From Planctomycetaceae bacterium (GTDB lineage Bacteria > Planctomycetota > Planctomycetia > Planctomycetales > Planctomycetaceae), in contig JBJXGP010000363.1 in assembly GCA_046160425.1 (NCBI GenBank), forward strand, positions 1,061-65,060: 64,000 nucleotides of DNA, read 5' to 3'. The notes under the pieces are model-generated. The model saw only the letters and a program-made list of their open reading frames with translations. It ran no database searches and was not told the origin of the DNA. The position numbers and the translations under genes are program-made. Positions 18,036 to 28,131 of the stretch are shown here, in pieces (the first letter of the stretch is position 1; every line of letters begins with the position of its first letter).

Positions 18036-18614
18036 ATGGAGTTGAGCATGTCCGACGATTTGGCGTTCACATCCCATTACCTCGATGAACTGGCCTCGCT
18101 GCTTCCTCGGCTGGATCGACCGAAGATCGCACAGGCGATCGGCTGGATGCGGGCCGTTCGCGATGCGGGGAAGATGATCTACATCTGCGGCAACGGGGGG
18201 AGCGCCTCGATTGCCTCGCAGATGGTCGTCGATATCGTCAAAGGGGCCTCGTTCAAGAAGAAGGCCCGCTTCAAAATGCTCGGCTTGACCGACAGCATCG
18301 CTACGATCACCGCTTACGCGAACGATGAAGGATACGAAACCGTCTTCGTCGAGCAACTCAAAAACTATGCCGAGAAAGATGATCTGTTGATCGGCATCAG
18401 TGGCAGCGGAAACAGCCCCAATGTACTTCGCGCAATCGAATACGCGAATTCCGTCGGCTGCAAGACGATCGGAGTGACGACCGGGGAAGGGGGGAAACTC
18501 AAGGATCTGGTCAACTTGCCCTTGCTGGTCCCCTCACGGCACATGGGACGACTGGAAGACTGTTTCTTCATTTTGACGCATGTGTTATGCTATGCTTTCA
18601 TGGAGGCGGACTGA
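18036..18614 (+). CDS. SIS-domain sugar isomerase (phosphoheptose isomerase GmhA-like)
   Basis: ICGNGGSASIASQMVVD...LLIGISGSGNSPNVLRA...IGVTTGEGGKL is the typical GmhA/SIS pattern. Confidence 0.75.
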   Translation: MELSMSDDLAFTSHYLDELASLLPRLDRPKIAQAIGWMRAVRDAGKMIYICGNGGSASIASQMVVDIVKGASFKKKARFKMLGLTDSIATITAYANDEGYETVFVEQLKNYAEKDDLLIGISGSGNSPNVLRAIEYANSVGCKTIGVTTGEGGKLKDLVNLPLLVPSRHMGRLEDCFFILTHVLCYAFMEAD

Positions 18615-18681
18615 TATCGCGTGATGCATTTCATGTGTTGAGTTCCGCGGGTTCGGCATTCTCCCAGAATTGAGGTTCGCC

Positions 18682-20349
18682 ATGGTCGCCATCTGTCGTC
18701 CGGTCGGTTCGAATCGTTCGGCCCTGTTCGGTTTCGCTGCGATCGTGCTGCTGGGAATCTGTTCTCAGTCCGCGAATGCGGGAATCGTGAGCGGAGAACT
18801 GAAATCGATCTCAGCCGATTCCCAGCGCATCGTCATCGTGACCGGGGCCGCTAAAACCAGCAAGACATTCAAGCTGACAAAACAATCGGCCATTCTGCTG
18901 AACGACAAAAAAGCGGGAATTGATGAACTCTCCACCGGGATGAAGGTCAGCATCTTCACCACCAAATCGGGAGAAGTGACGAAAGTCGTCGCCCGAGCTG
19001 CAAAGGATGCCGACGCTGCCGCCACGGAGACTGATGGGAAAAAATCGGATGAAGATGAACCGTCGGCAAAAAGTGACACCGACAACGAAAAGAAGACGGC
19101 CGGCCGAAAACCGGCTCGCAGGTCGACGAAGAAAAGCAAAGTCGAAGTCGATGACGTGCTCAATACCGATTGGCACCAGTTTCGCGGGCCGCGACGCGAC
19201 AACGTCTCGACGGAAACCGGTTTCCTCAAGCAATGGCCGGAGGACGGACCGGCTCTCGTCTGGGGGACCGAAGGACTGGGGGAAGGTTACTCGAGCGTCT
19301 CGCTCAGCGATGACATGATTTACACGATGGGAACCAAAGAGGGGGGTGAATACGTCATCGCCGTCAATGTCGATGACGGGAAGATTCTCTGGGGAACGAA
19401 GACCGGTTCGGTCTTTCAAGATGGCGCCGGCAACGGACCGCGTTCGACGCCGACAATCGACGGCGACAATCTTTACGCCTTGGGAGCACAAGGCGACCTC
19501 GTTTGTCTCGACAAAAAAACGGGGGCCATCACTTGGCAGAAAAACATCCTGAAGGAATATCAGGCCAATAACATCTCGTGGGGAATTTGCGAATCGGTCC
19601 TGATCGATGGCAATAAACTGATCTGCACACCCGGCGGACGCGGCGCCACGATGGTGGCAATCGATAAGCTCTCGGGCGATACCCTCTGGACATCCGAAGT
19701 TCCCACGAATCCAGCGGCCGGCTACGCCTCGGCGATCGTCGCCGAAGTCGGAGGAGTCGGAGGAGTCCGCCAATACATCAACTTCACACACGCCGGAGTG
19801 ATGGGAGTGCGAGCCGAGGATGGTATTTTCCTCTGGGGCAATCAGGCTTCCGCCAATGGGACGGCGAATTGTTCTGCTCCGTTGTTCTATGACGACTATG
19901 TTTTCAGTTCATCCGGATACGGCACCGGCGGCGCGCTGGTTCAACTCCGTTCGGCCAACGACCGCACGACTGCCGAACAAAAATACCACACGAATGAAAT
20001 GGCCAATCATCACGGAGGAATGGTCATCGTCGACGGTTACTTGTACGGCTCGCACGATCCAGGAATCCTCACCTGCATGGATGTGAAAAGCGGCAAGGTC
20101 AAATGGAAGGATCGCTCGGTCGGCAAGGGTTCGGTGCTGTACGCCGACGGACATATTTATCTCCGCAGCGAAAACGGACCGCTGGCCCTCGTCGAAGCGA
20201 ACCCTGAAGAATACGTCGAGAAAGGCCGTTTCGAACAACCCAACCGCAGCGGCCGCCCCGCCTGGGCGTATCATGTCGTCACCAAAGGGAAACTTTACCT
20301 TCGCGATCTCGATAAGCTGTTGGTTTATGATATCAGCGAAGGGAAGTAA
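18682..20349 (+). CDS. secreted PQQ-like beta-propeller repeat protein
   Basis: Signal peptide (MVAICRPVGSNRSALFGFAAIVLLGICSQSANA), a Lys/Asp-rich linker, then WHQFRGPRRDNVS...ALVWGTEGLGEGYSSVSLSDDMIYTMG and repeated propeller blades. Confidence 0.75.
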   Translation: MVAICRPVGSNRSALFGFAAIVLLGICSQSANAGIVSGELKSISADSQRIVIVTGAAKTSKTFKLTKQSAILLNDKKAGIDELSTGMKVSIFTTKSGEVTKVVARAAKDADAAATETDGKKSDEDEPSAKSDTDNEKKTAGRKPARRSTKKSKVEVDDVLNTDWHQFRGPRRDNVSTETGFLKQWPEDGPALVWGTEGLGEGYSSVSLSDDMIYTMGTKEGGEYVIAVNVDDGKILWGTKTGSVFQDGAGNGPRSTPTIDGDNLYALGAQGDLVCLDKKTGAITWQKNILKEYQANNISWGICESVLIDGNKLICTPGGRGATMVAIDKLSGDTLWTSEVPTNPAAGYASAIVAEVGGVGGVRQYINFTHAGVMGVRAEDGIFLWGNQASANGTANCSAPLFYDDYVFSSSGYGTGGALVQLRSANDRTTAEQKYHTNEMANHHGGMVIVDGYLYGSHDPGILTCMDVKSGKVKWKDRSVGKGSVLYADGHIYLRSENGPLALVEANPEEYVEKGRFEQPNRSGRPAWAYHVVTKGKLYLRDLDKLLVYDISEGK

Positions 20350-20440
20350 TTATCGCGGACGTGTTATAATCGAAAGTATTACGTGTATTTGTGGCTGGCC
20401 TCTGTGAGGCCGGACTGAGATCATTGACCTCGGCTACCAA

Positions 20441-20508
20441 GACCTCTTGTCGCTGCGCGACCGGGACACAGGGCTGTCCCGGCTACCCTCTTTTGCCGCT
20501 CGGCTCAC
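20441..20508 (+). repeat. intergenic repeat family C (double hairpin), copy 2
   Basis: GACCTCTTGTCGCTGCGCGACCGGGACACAGGGCTGTCCCGGCTACCCT... contains GTCGC-tgc-GCGAC and CCGGGACA-n6-TGTCCCGG stems. It sits between the convergent PQQ-propeller and hisD stops. Confidence 0.75.
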
Positions 20509-21878
20509 TTCACCAGCCGAATATCCACGCTCGCACTGTGCCCGGTGAGTCCTTCTTTTTCGGCCATCAGCCGCAAGTCATCCGCCGCGCCGCGGAGGGC
20601 CGACTGGTTATAGCCGATGATCGACGATCGCTTGAGAAAATCGAGCGAACACAGGCCGTTGGCGAACCTGGCTGTGCCTCCCGTGGGCAGTACGTGCGAT
20701 GGTCCGGCGATGTAATCTCCCACCGCGACCGGCGTGTAATGCCCAAGGAAAATTGCCCCCGCATTCTGGATCCGATCGAGCAACACTTCAGGATTTTCGG
20801 TCGAGATGTGGAGATGCTCCGGCGCAAGTAAGTCGGTGAATCGAGCTGCTTCATCTGCATCGCGCGTGAGAATCAGCGCTCCGTAATCGATGAGGCTCTG
20901 CCTTGCCAGGTCGCCGCGAGGAAGATTTTGGAGCTGACGAATTAGCTCCAGTCGCACTTGCTCGATCAACGGCTCGTGCCAGGTGAGCAGGACTCCCGAA
21001 CCGGGGCTATGCTCCGCCTGTGAAATCAGATCGCTGGCGATAAAATCGGGCCGCGCAGATTCATCGGCGATGAGTACCACTTCGCTCGGGCCGGCGATGC
21101 TGTCGATGTCGACTTCGCCGAACACATATCGCTTGGCGAGCGCCACGAATAGATTTCCCGGCCCGACGATCTTGTCGACGCGCGGCAAGCCGTCGATGCC
21201 GTAGGCCATCGCCGCGACTGCTTGTGCCCCGCCGAGTCGATAGACTTCAGTCACGCCAAGTTCATGACAGGCGGCGAGCAGGTCGGTGTTGTAGCTGCCG
21301 AATGGCGTCGGCGGGGCGACGACGACGATCTCTTTCACTCCAGCAGTTTGTGCAGGGACGACGGTCATGAGCAACGTCGAAGGGTAAGCCGCCGCTCCGC
21401 CGGGGATGCAGACGCCGACCCGCCTGAGCGGACGGTATCGCTGACGAAGCACGATGTGACGGTCGCCATCCTGCTTGATCAGTTCAACATCCTGCGTCAG
21501 CACGCACTGCTGAAAGGCAACGATATTCAAGCGAATGCGGCGCAGGGTTTCGAGATACTGCGGATCGGCCTTGGAGTGCGCCTCCGCCAGTTCGGATGCC
21601 GAGACTCTCATCGACTCGACAGTGAGCGACTTGCGATCGAGTTTTTCGGTGTACTCGAGAACCGCCGCCGCGCCGCGAGATTGGACGTCTTTGCAAATTC
21701 TCTCGACGACCTGCTGCGGTGAGAGTGCCTCGCCGAAGTGTTCAATCGTCCGCGCTCGTCCCTGCGGTGATACGACGTCCCCTTGAGGAGACAATTTATG
21801 TCGTAATTCGCGAAACGCCTGCTCGGCATCCTGCCGGCGGCAATCGATCATACGGATCGGCAACTCTTCAATGGTCAT
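20505..21878 (-). CDS. hisD: histidinol dehydrogenase
   Basis: ...IVGPGNLFVALAKR...SQAEHSPGSGVLLTW...APEHLHI...GDYIAGPSHVLPTGGTARF... are canonical HisD blocks. Confidence 0.9.
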   Translation of the reverse strand: MTIEELPIRMIDCRRQDAEQAFRELRHKLSPQGDVVSPQGRARTIEHFGEALSPQQVVERICKDVQSRGAAAVLEYTEKLDRKSLTVESMRVSASELAEAHSKADPQYLETLRRIRLNIVAFQQCVLTQDVELIKQDGDRHIVLRQRYRPLRRVGVCIPGGAAAYPSTLLMTVVPAQTAGVKEIVVVAPPTPFGSYNTDLLAACHELGVTEVYRLGGAQAVAAMAYGIDGLPRVDKIVGPGNLFVALAKRYVFGEVDIDSIAGPSEVVLIADESARPDFIASDLISQAEHSPGSGVLLTWHEPLIEQVRLELIRQLQNLPRGDLARQSLIDYGALILTRDADEAARFTDLLAPEHLHISTENPEVLLDRIQNAGAIFLGHYTPVAVGDYIAGPSHVLPTGGTARFANGLCSLDFLKRSSIIGYNQSALRGAADDLRLMAEKEGLTGHSASVDIRLVK

Positions 21879-22238
21879 TGATCGGCCTTTGGTTTATTTT
21901 CCATCTGCGGACGATGACGTGCAAAAACAGTATTTTTCACCGGCGAATACGCCATGTTCCGCGAGAAATTCCGTATAATCCGCATAGAACGAGGGAGATC
22001 TTCACTCAAATAGAGAGTATCGATTGCCAGCGGTCTTGACTACCATTACAGTGGATCTGGCGATGAGACTGATGGAAATCCGGACATTCTCCGAGAGATA
22101 TCGGTTCACCGCAATATTCAGAATTTCGATTTGTCGGTGAACCGTTGTCGAATGACGGATGCAATCGTTATTCTGTCGAATTCATTGATCTTGCTGACTT
22201 TGCTTCGCAGAGGCACTCACGATAACAGGATTATTGGC

Positions 22239-23330
22239 ATGGCAAACCCGTTGAAAATTGATATGCGCAGCGACACCGTCACCAAACCGACCCCCGGGAT
22301 GCGGCAGGCCATTGCCCACGCCGAGGTCGGCGACGACATGAGCGGTGAAGATCCGACCGTCAATCGGCTGGAACAAGTGGTTTGCGAACTGCTCAAAAAA
22401 GAAGCGGCCGTTTTCGCTTGCTCCGGCACGCAATCGAATCAGATGGGAGTCAAAGTCCACTGCTCTCCCGGTGATGAACTGCTGATCGAAGAAACCGGCC
22501 ACATCGCGAATTTTGAAGCGGGGGGACCGGCGGTGTTAAGCGGAGTCACCTGCCGCACGATTCCCGGACAACTGGGTATGCTGGATGTCGATTTACTCCG
22601 CGGAAAGATTCGCGCCGATAACCAGCACTTATGCACCACGCGTCTCGTCTGCATCGAAAACACGACCAACACCGGAGGAGGACGCGCCTATCCCGTCGAT
22701 CAATTGCATCGAGTTGGCCTATGGGCGCACGAACAAGGATTGAAAGTTCACATGGATGGCGCGCGGCTCTTTAACGCGGTGATCGCCACAAACTCAACAG
22801 CTGCTGATGTGTGCAAACATGTCGACACCGTGTCGATCTGCTTTTCGAAGGGATTAGGCTGCCCGATGGGTTCGATTCTCGTCGGCAAGAAGGATGAAAT
22901 AGCCAAAGCCCGCCGCATCCGCAAACTCTTCGGCGGCGCGATGCGTCAATCGGGAATCATGGCGGCAGCTTGTCTGTACGCTCTCGATCATCATGTCGAT
23001 CGCCTGGCGGAAGATCATGCCCATGCCCGCCTATTCGCCGAGATGATCGCCGATATCCCCGGCATCATCATCGACCCCGACGACGTCGAAACCAATCTCG
23101 TCTTCTTCGATGTCGAACGCCAGCACGGCTACGCCGGTCAACTCTCGACGATGCTTCGTCAACGGGAAATCGGCATCAATGCGTGCGGGTCACAACGCTT
23201 GCGCGCCTGCACGCATCTGGATGTGAACAAAGCGGATGTCAAAGCCGCCGCCCATGCGATTGCGGAGTGCATGGCTCAGGGTTTCAGCGATGTTGCCGCT
23301 TCGGTCTGCGGTCCGTACGTTCGTGGATGA
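22239..23330 (+). CDS. ltaE: low-specificity L-threonine aldolase
   Basis: IDMRSDTVTKPTPGMRQAIAHAEVGDDMSGEDPTVNRLE...SGTQSNQ...FSKGLGCPMGS (PLP Lys context). Start placed at MANPLK (ATG 22239). Confidence 0.85.
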   Translation: MANPLKIDMRSDTVTKPTPGMRQAIAHAEVGDDMSGEDPTVNRLEQVVCELLKKEAAVFACSGTQSNQMGVKVHCSPGDELLIEETGHIANFEAGGPAVLSGVTCRTIPGQLGMLDVDLLRGKIRADNQHLCTTRLVCIENTTNTGGGRAYPVDQLHRVGLWAHEQGLKVHMDGARLFNAVIATNSTAADVCKHVDTVSICFSKGLGCPMGSILVGKKDEIAKARRIRKLFGGAMRQSGIMAAACLYALDHHVDRLAEDHAHARLFAEMIADIPGIIIDPDDVETNLVFFDVERQHGYAGQLSTMLRQREIGINACGSQRLRACTHLDVNKADVKAAAHAIAECMAQGFSDVAASVCGPYVRG

Positions 23331-23488
23331 GCATCGTCGCGTCGAGATTTCCAGGCGGCACGGAGTCGCAAGTTTTTCTGAAATCGACGGCTGAATCCTG
23401 GATGTGATATTGTTCTCATAAATTTCAGCCGATACGATGAAGCGGTCGCGTCCTTCATTTATGACCGAGAAATTGAGAACGGCACGCT

Positions 23489-24856
23489 ATGACGACTCGC
23501 AATCCTCACTCGTCCGCACTGCATCTGCGTCGCCGCGAACTATTACAAGTCGGTTCTCTGGGTGCATTCGGGCTGGGACTGCCGCACTGGTTCGCCGGTC
23601 AGGCACACGGCGAGACGACCGGCAAGGCCAAGTCGGTGATTTTGCTCTGGCTGTACGGCGGGCCGAGCCATATCGACACGGTCGACCCCAAGCCGCTGGC
23701 GAATTCGGAAATCCGCAGTCCGTTCAGTCCGATTGATACCTCGGTCCCGGGGATTCAGATTACCGAACTCCTGCCGCAGCTTTCGCAGCGAATCGATCGC
23801 TGTGCGATTCTGCGGGGAATGTATCACGAGAACAGCGATCACAACGTCGGCGGCACGATCGCATTAACGGGCGTCCCCGCGGGGGGAAAGTTAGGCGGCG
23901 GAGCACCGCTCCCCGGCGACCGGCGACCGACACTCGGCTCGCTTGTCACCCGCCTGATCAGCGAACCGTCCCCCGGCTGGCCTGCGTTCATGTGCATCGG
24001 CGCTGAGGCCAAAGTGAGTGGCGGAGCCAGCGGACAAGACGCCGCGAGCTTCGGTGCGATTTACGAACCGTTCCGGCTCGAATACAAACTTGAAAGCGGT
24101 TTGAAAGTTCCCGAAGCCCTCAACCTGATGCCCGGCCTGTCGACCGATCGGCTCGGTGATCGTCGCAGTCTGCTGACGTCGCTCGATGCCTTGACGCAAA
24201 AAACGGGAGCCTCGGATTCGTTTCAGCGACTCGGCCAGTTTTACGATCAGGCGATGGGATTGTTGACCTCGTCCGAGGCACGCAAGGCAGTCGATCTGGA
24301 AGAAGAAACGGTCAAGGTCCGAAACCGATACGGCAAGACCCGCTTCGGTCAATCGTGCCTGCTCGCCCGCCGACTCGTCGAATCGGGGGTTCCCTTCGTG
24401 CAAGTCAACTGGAGCGATCACGGAGAAGATCAGCAGACATCGGGGGGCGACGGAGGCTGGGATCATCACTGGCGATTGTACGAATTCATTCAGGATCATT
24501 GTGCGTGGTCCTACGACCAGGCAATCACCGCGCTGCTCGATGATCTGGAAGAACGCGGCCTGCTTGAAGAAACGCTGGTGTTGGCAATGGGAGAATTCGG
24601 GCGGACACCCAAAATCAACGGCTGCGGCGGACGCGATCACTGGGCCAACGTTTACAGCGTCATGATGGCCGGCGGAGGTGTTCAAGGCGGACGGGTGATC
24701 GGCTCGAGCGATCTGGAAGGGGCCTATCCCGCCGATCGTCCCGTGCATCCGCAAGAGTTGCATGCGACCGTACTCAAAGCGATGGGACTCGATCGACTGG
24801 CGTTGATTCCGTTGGGGGTAACGCTCAACGTCGAACCGGTGGATGAGTTGTTCTGA
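23489..24856 (+). CDS. DUF1501 domain protein (sulfatase-like fold, Tat-type signal)
   Basis: RRRELLQVGSLGAFGLGL...ILLWLYGGPSHIDTVDPKP...GEFGRTPKIN...GRDHW... is the typical DUF1501 pattern. Confidence 0.85.
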   Translation: MTTRNPHSSALHLRRRELLQVGSLGAFGLGLPHWFAGQAHGETTGKAKSVILLWLYGGPSHIDTVDPKPLANSEIRSPFSPIDTSVPGIQITELLPQLSQRIDRCAILRGMYHENSDHNVGGTIALTGVPAGGKLGGGAPLPGDRRPTLGSLVTRLISEPSPGWPAFMCIGAEAKVSGGASGQDAASFGAIYEPFRLEYKLESGLKVPEALNLMPGLSTDRLGDRRSLLTSLDALTQKTGASDSFQRLGQFYDQAMGLLTSSEARKAVDLEEETVKVRNRYGKTRFGQSCLLARRLVESGVPFVQVNWSDHGEDQQTSGGDGGWDHHWRLYEFIQDHCAWSYDQAITALLDDLEERGLLEETLVLAMGEFGRTPKINGCGGRDHWANVYSVMMAGGGVQGGRVIGSSDLEGAYPADRPVHPQELHATVLKAMGLDRLALIPLGVTLNVEPVDELF

Positions 24857-24892
24857 GTTTCGGCGCGACATCACAGAAATATTGAGGGCACG

Positions 24893-25714
24893 ATGATTGG
24901 TCTCTCTGAACCGCGTCGCTTGACGCATTCCGATTTCGTCAAGCAGCATGTCCGCTTCGATCCGCGGGGAGATCGCTTGGTCTTCTCGCGCACGATCGGT
25001 CCCAGGTTGACGTTGATGGCCATCGCGCTCGCCGGGGGCGAAGAACAAACGCTCTTTGCAGACCGAACCGACTACATCGAACAGCACCCGGCGTGGTCTC
25101 CCGATCGCAAGCAATTCTCGTTCACAATGGATGACGGTCATCGCACGGGGCGGGTCGGCGTGATGCGGTGCGACATCACCGACGACGAAACGTTCGCGAA
25201 TTTCGAATTCTGGTTTTCCGGCAATCAGTACACATACGCCAGTTGGTCTCCCGATGGAACCCGTGCCGTTCTCGTCGCGCAAAATTATCGGATGGCGATC
25301 GCCGACGCCGACGGGAAGAACTTGAAGATTCTCGGTCCGGTGGAGGGAATTCAAGGTCAACCGTGCTGGTCTCCCGATGGCAGCCGCATCGCCTTCAGCA
25401 GCAGTCATGCGGGAAATCAAGACGTCTACACCATCAAGCCCGACGGTTCGGAGCTGATACGGTTGACCGATTCCCCGCGCTCCGATTTTCGTCCCGTCTA
25501 TGCTCCCGGAGGAAACTGGATCGCCTTCACCTCGGCTCGAACCGGCAACTACGAAATCTTCGTCATGCGTCCCGACGGCTCCGAGCAGCAGAATCTGACG
25601 AATCACGAAGCACTCGACGATCACGTCGCCTGGAATGCCGACGGCAGTCAGGTTGCATTTATCTCCACGCGAGATGGCGGGTACGATGTCTATGTGGCCG
25701 ACGTCGTCGTTTGA
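24893..25714 (+). CDS. PD40/TolB-like beta-propeller repeat protein
   Basis: Repeated WSPDG...(I/V)AF...S.R.G..(D/E)(I/V)(Y/F) units, e.g. PCWSPDGSRIAFSSSHAGNQDVYTIKPDGSE and NWIAFTSARTGNYEIFVMRPDGSE. Confidence 0.8.
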   Translation: MIGLSEPRRLTHSDFVKQHVRFDPRGDRLVFSRTIGPRLTLMAIALAGGEEQTLFADRTDYIEQHPAWSPDRKQFSFTMDDGHRTGRVGVMRCDITDDETFANFEFWFSGNQYTYASWSPDGTRAVLVAQNYRMAIADADGKNLKILGPVEGIQGQPCWSPDGSRIAFSSSHAGNQDVYTIKPDGSELIRLTDSPRSDFRPVYAPGGNWIAFTSARTGNYEIFVMRPDGSEQQNLTNHEALDDHVAWNADGSQVAFISTRDGGYDVYVADVVV

Positions 25715-26042
25715 ACTCGATGCTGCGAGTTGAAATCATCGCTTCCCCCTATCCGAACAGCATTTAGATGCTATATAATTAAGCGAGAGCTGGCTCAAAA
25801 AATCCTCAATCTTCCTGCTCAAAAACCGGAGTTGTTGTTGAACAAATCGACTTCCGTCGATAAGATAGAGAGGGAGAGCGCATGCTCTTGCCCGATCGAG
25901 GTAGCTTTCGTTAAAAACTGACGAGATAAGTACTTCGAAAAATCAGCCTGCCGTAGTAGATAATCGCCATTACCATCCATTGGATCACTCGTTGGCAAGC
26001 TGCAACGAAATTTGATCCGCGATATGAGTCCGAGGTGACGCG

Positions 26043-27512
26043 ATGACCACCCAGATCCCTTTTAGTTCTCACGGTTCTACGCATCAACAGCATGCCTTCA
26101 CGGGTTTGAACGCCCGCGAGCGTGAAGGGTTGGTGCTGCATAGCCGTCGCAACATGCTCAAGGTCGGCATGGCGGGGCTGGCCGGTTTGACGCTGCCCGA
26201 TTTACTCCGCCTCCGCGCCGAAGCGGCTCAATCGAATCGCCCGATGAACAGTCGCAAGAGCGTGGTCCTGCTCTGGATGGCGGGGGGACCGAGCCACATC
26301 GATACATGGGATCCCAAGCCCGAACGTCCCTACATCAATCGCGGACCGTTCGGCGTCGCACAGACGTCTCTCCCCGGCGTCATCATCAGCGAACATCTCC
26401 CCAAGCAAGCGGCGATGATGGACAAGTTCACGCTCATTCGCTCGGTCGATTGCCGTTTCAGCAATCACGAACCGAATACCGTGATGCAGACCGCGAACCT
26501 TGACGCCGAAGCGCGAACGAATCCCAAGGCGCGGATGTATCCTTCCATCGCGTCGCTGGTGGCGAAATTCCGCGGGCCGAACGATCCTTCGATGCCGCCG
26601 TATGTTGCGTTTCAAAAATCCGCAGGGCATCTCGCATATGGCGGATATCTCGGCAAAGGTTACGACCCGTTTATCGCGAATATGGCGGTCGATCTCCCCG
26701 TTTATACCGACGTCGGCGTCGACACCGGCACGACCACCGGCGCATCGCTTTTCAATTTCGCACAGGGGCTGTCGCACGACCGCATCCAGAATCGTCAGAC
26801 GCTGCTCAAGGACTTCGATCGCCTGCGCAGCGAGATCGACGGCAGCGGGTCAATGGAATCGCTCGACACCTACAGCCAGCAGGCGGTCGACCTCGTCGTC
26901 GGGGGAAAAGCCCGCGATGCGTTCGATATCAGCCAGGAATCGGACGAGACTCGCGCGAAATACGGCAAGCACCTCTGGCTGCAGCAATGTCTGCTGGCCC
27001 GACGTCTCGTCGAAGCGGGGACCAACTTCGTCACCATCGATCTCAGTTATCACGCTGCATCGGGAACGTGGGATACCCACGGCGACAACATCCCCCCCTA
27101 CGGCGGGATCAGAAACGGCCTCGGGCCGCTTCTGCCGTTGTTCGATCATCTGATCACGACTCTCGTCGGCGATCTCGATGAACGGGGGCTGCTGGATGAG
27201 TGCCTCGTCATCGCGATGGGTGAGTTCGGTCGATCTCCAAACATGGGAACGCAAGACAGCGTCGACGGCCGCAATCACTGGCCGGTGGTCATGTCAATTG
27301 CATTGGCCGGCGGTGGTATGCGACACGGACAGGTGATCGGATCCAGCGAATACGACGGAGGAACGATTGCATCACGACCGGTCACTCCGGGAGACCTCGC
27401 CGCCACGATCTATCGGCATATGGAAGTTCCCGTCGACGGTTTTTATCTCGATCCCCGCGGTCGCCCGAACCCGATCGTGAATCAAGGGCATCCGATTGCG
27501 GAGTTGTTCTGA
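26043..27512 (+). CDS. DUF1501 domain protein (second paralogue)
   Basis: RRNMLKVGMAGLAGLTL...VLLWMAGGPSHIDTWDPKP...GEFGRSPNMG...GRNHW... Confidence 0.85.
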   Translation: MTTQIPFSSHGSTHQQHAFTGLNAREREGLVLHSRRNMLKVGMAGLAGLTLPDLLRLRAEAAQSNRPMNSRKSVVLLWMAGGPSHIDTWDPKPERPYINRGPFGVAQTSLPGVIISEHLPKQAAMMDKFTLIRSVDCRFSNHEPNTVMQTANLDAEARTNPKARMYPSIASLVAKFRGPNDPSMPPYVAFQKSAGHLAYGGYLGKGYDPFIANMAVDLPVYTDVGVDTGTTTGASLFNFAQGLSHDRIQNRQTLLKDFDRLRSEIDGSGSMESLDTYSQQAVDLVVGGKARDAFDISQESDETRAKYGKHLWLQQCLLARRLVEAGTNFVTIDLSYHAASGTWDTHGDNIPPYGGIRNGLGPLLPLFDHLITTLVGDLDERGLLDECLVIAMGEFGRSPNMGTQDSVDGRNHWPVVMSIALAGGGMRHGQVIGSSEYDGGTIASRPVTPGDLAATIYRHMEVPVDGFYLDPRGRPNPIVNQGHPIAELF

Positions 27513-27539
27513 GAGTCTCTCTCGATAGGTTGTATTCGG

Positions 27540-27758
27540 ATGGAACATCCCATTATCCATTGTGATCCGGAGATTCAGGGAGGCGTTCCTGTTTTTTTTG
27601 GAACGCGCGTTCCCGTGAAGAACCTCTTCGATTATCTGGAATCCGCGTACTCGCTCGAAGATTTTCTGACGGATTTTCCCGCCGTTACCCGTAGTCAAGC
27701 CATTGATGCTTTGGAATTGGCACGCGAGGCGTTGATTCCCCATGCGAATCTTGCTTGA
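27540..27758 (+). CDS. DUF433 domain protein (antitoxin-like)
   Basis: 72 aa: IHCDPEIQGGVPVFFGTRVPVKNLFDYLESAYSLEDFLTDFPAVTRSQAIDAL is the typical DUF433 block. It overlaps the next gene by 17 nt. The region is low in GC. Confidence 0.75.
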   Translation: MEHPIIHCDPEIQGGVPVFFGTRVPVKNLFDYLESAYSLEDFLTDFPAVTRSQAIDALELAREALIPHANLA

Positions 27759-28065
27759 CGAATCCTTGCCCCGTCGTTTAGGACGAGAATTACTTGGTCA
27801 CGACGCGGTTACAGTCACCGAGCGAGGATGGTCTGGAACTAAAAATGGCGACCTATTACGTTTGGCTGCCAGTGAATTTGATGTCTTTCTCACAGCCGAT
27901 CAGAATCTACAGTATCAGCAGAATTTGAGTACGTTGCCGTTGTCAATAATCGTTCTGATCGCTCCGGACAACAAACTTGAAACCCTGTGTCTTTTGGTCC
28001 CTGAGGTTCTTGATCACCTCGCGAATCTCCCATTGCGATCGCTTGTCAACGTCGGTAAACGATAG
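27742..28065 (+). CDS. DUF5615 family PIN-like protein (toxin-like partner of DUF433)
   Basis: MRILLDESLPRRLGRELLGHDAVTVTERGWSGTKNGDLLRLAASEFDVFLTADQNL is the typical DUF5615/Mut7-C-like pattern. Confidence 0.7.
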   Translation: MRILLDESLPRRLGRELLGHDAVTVTERGWSGTKNGDLLRLAASEFDVFLTADQNLQYQQNLSTLPLSIIVLIAPDNKLETLCLLVPEVLDHLANLPLRSLVNVGKR

Positions 28066-28131
28066 CAAGACCACTCCACTTAATTTATCAATTAACGTTC
28101 CGTGAATATTTCCCAATACAAGAATCAAACG

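Noticed and set aside
18707-18716. GGTTCGAATC, a tRNA T-arm-like string
   Set aside because: It lies inside the signal-peptide coding region of the PQQ-propeller gene. There is no acceptor or anticodon stem context around it, so it is not a tRNA. No other tRNA-like structure was noticed in the window.
23891-25624. 577-aa minus-strand ORF spanning the end of DUF1501 and the PD40 gene
   Set aside because: It is antisense to two recognisable plus-strand genes. The sequence is Arg/Gly/Ala-rich and low in complexity with no motifs, which is the typical shadow ORF of high-GC DNA. The same reasoning applies to 12791..14014(-), 9276..10202(-), 18811..19791(-), 38378..39415(-), 40970..42007(+), 44361..45170(-), 47396..48244(-), 53865..54698(-), 54975..55703(-) and 56458..57591(-).
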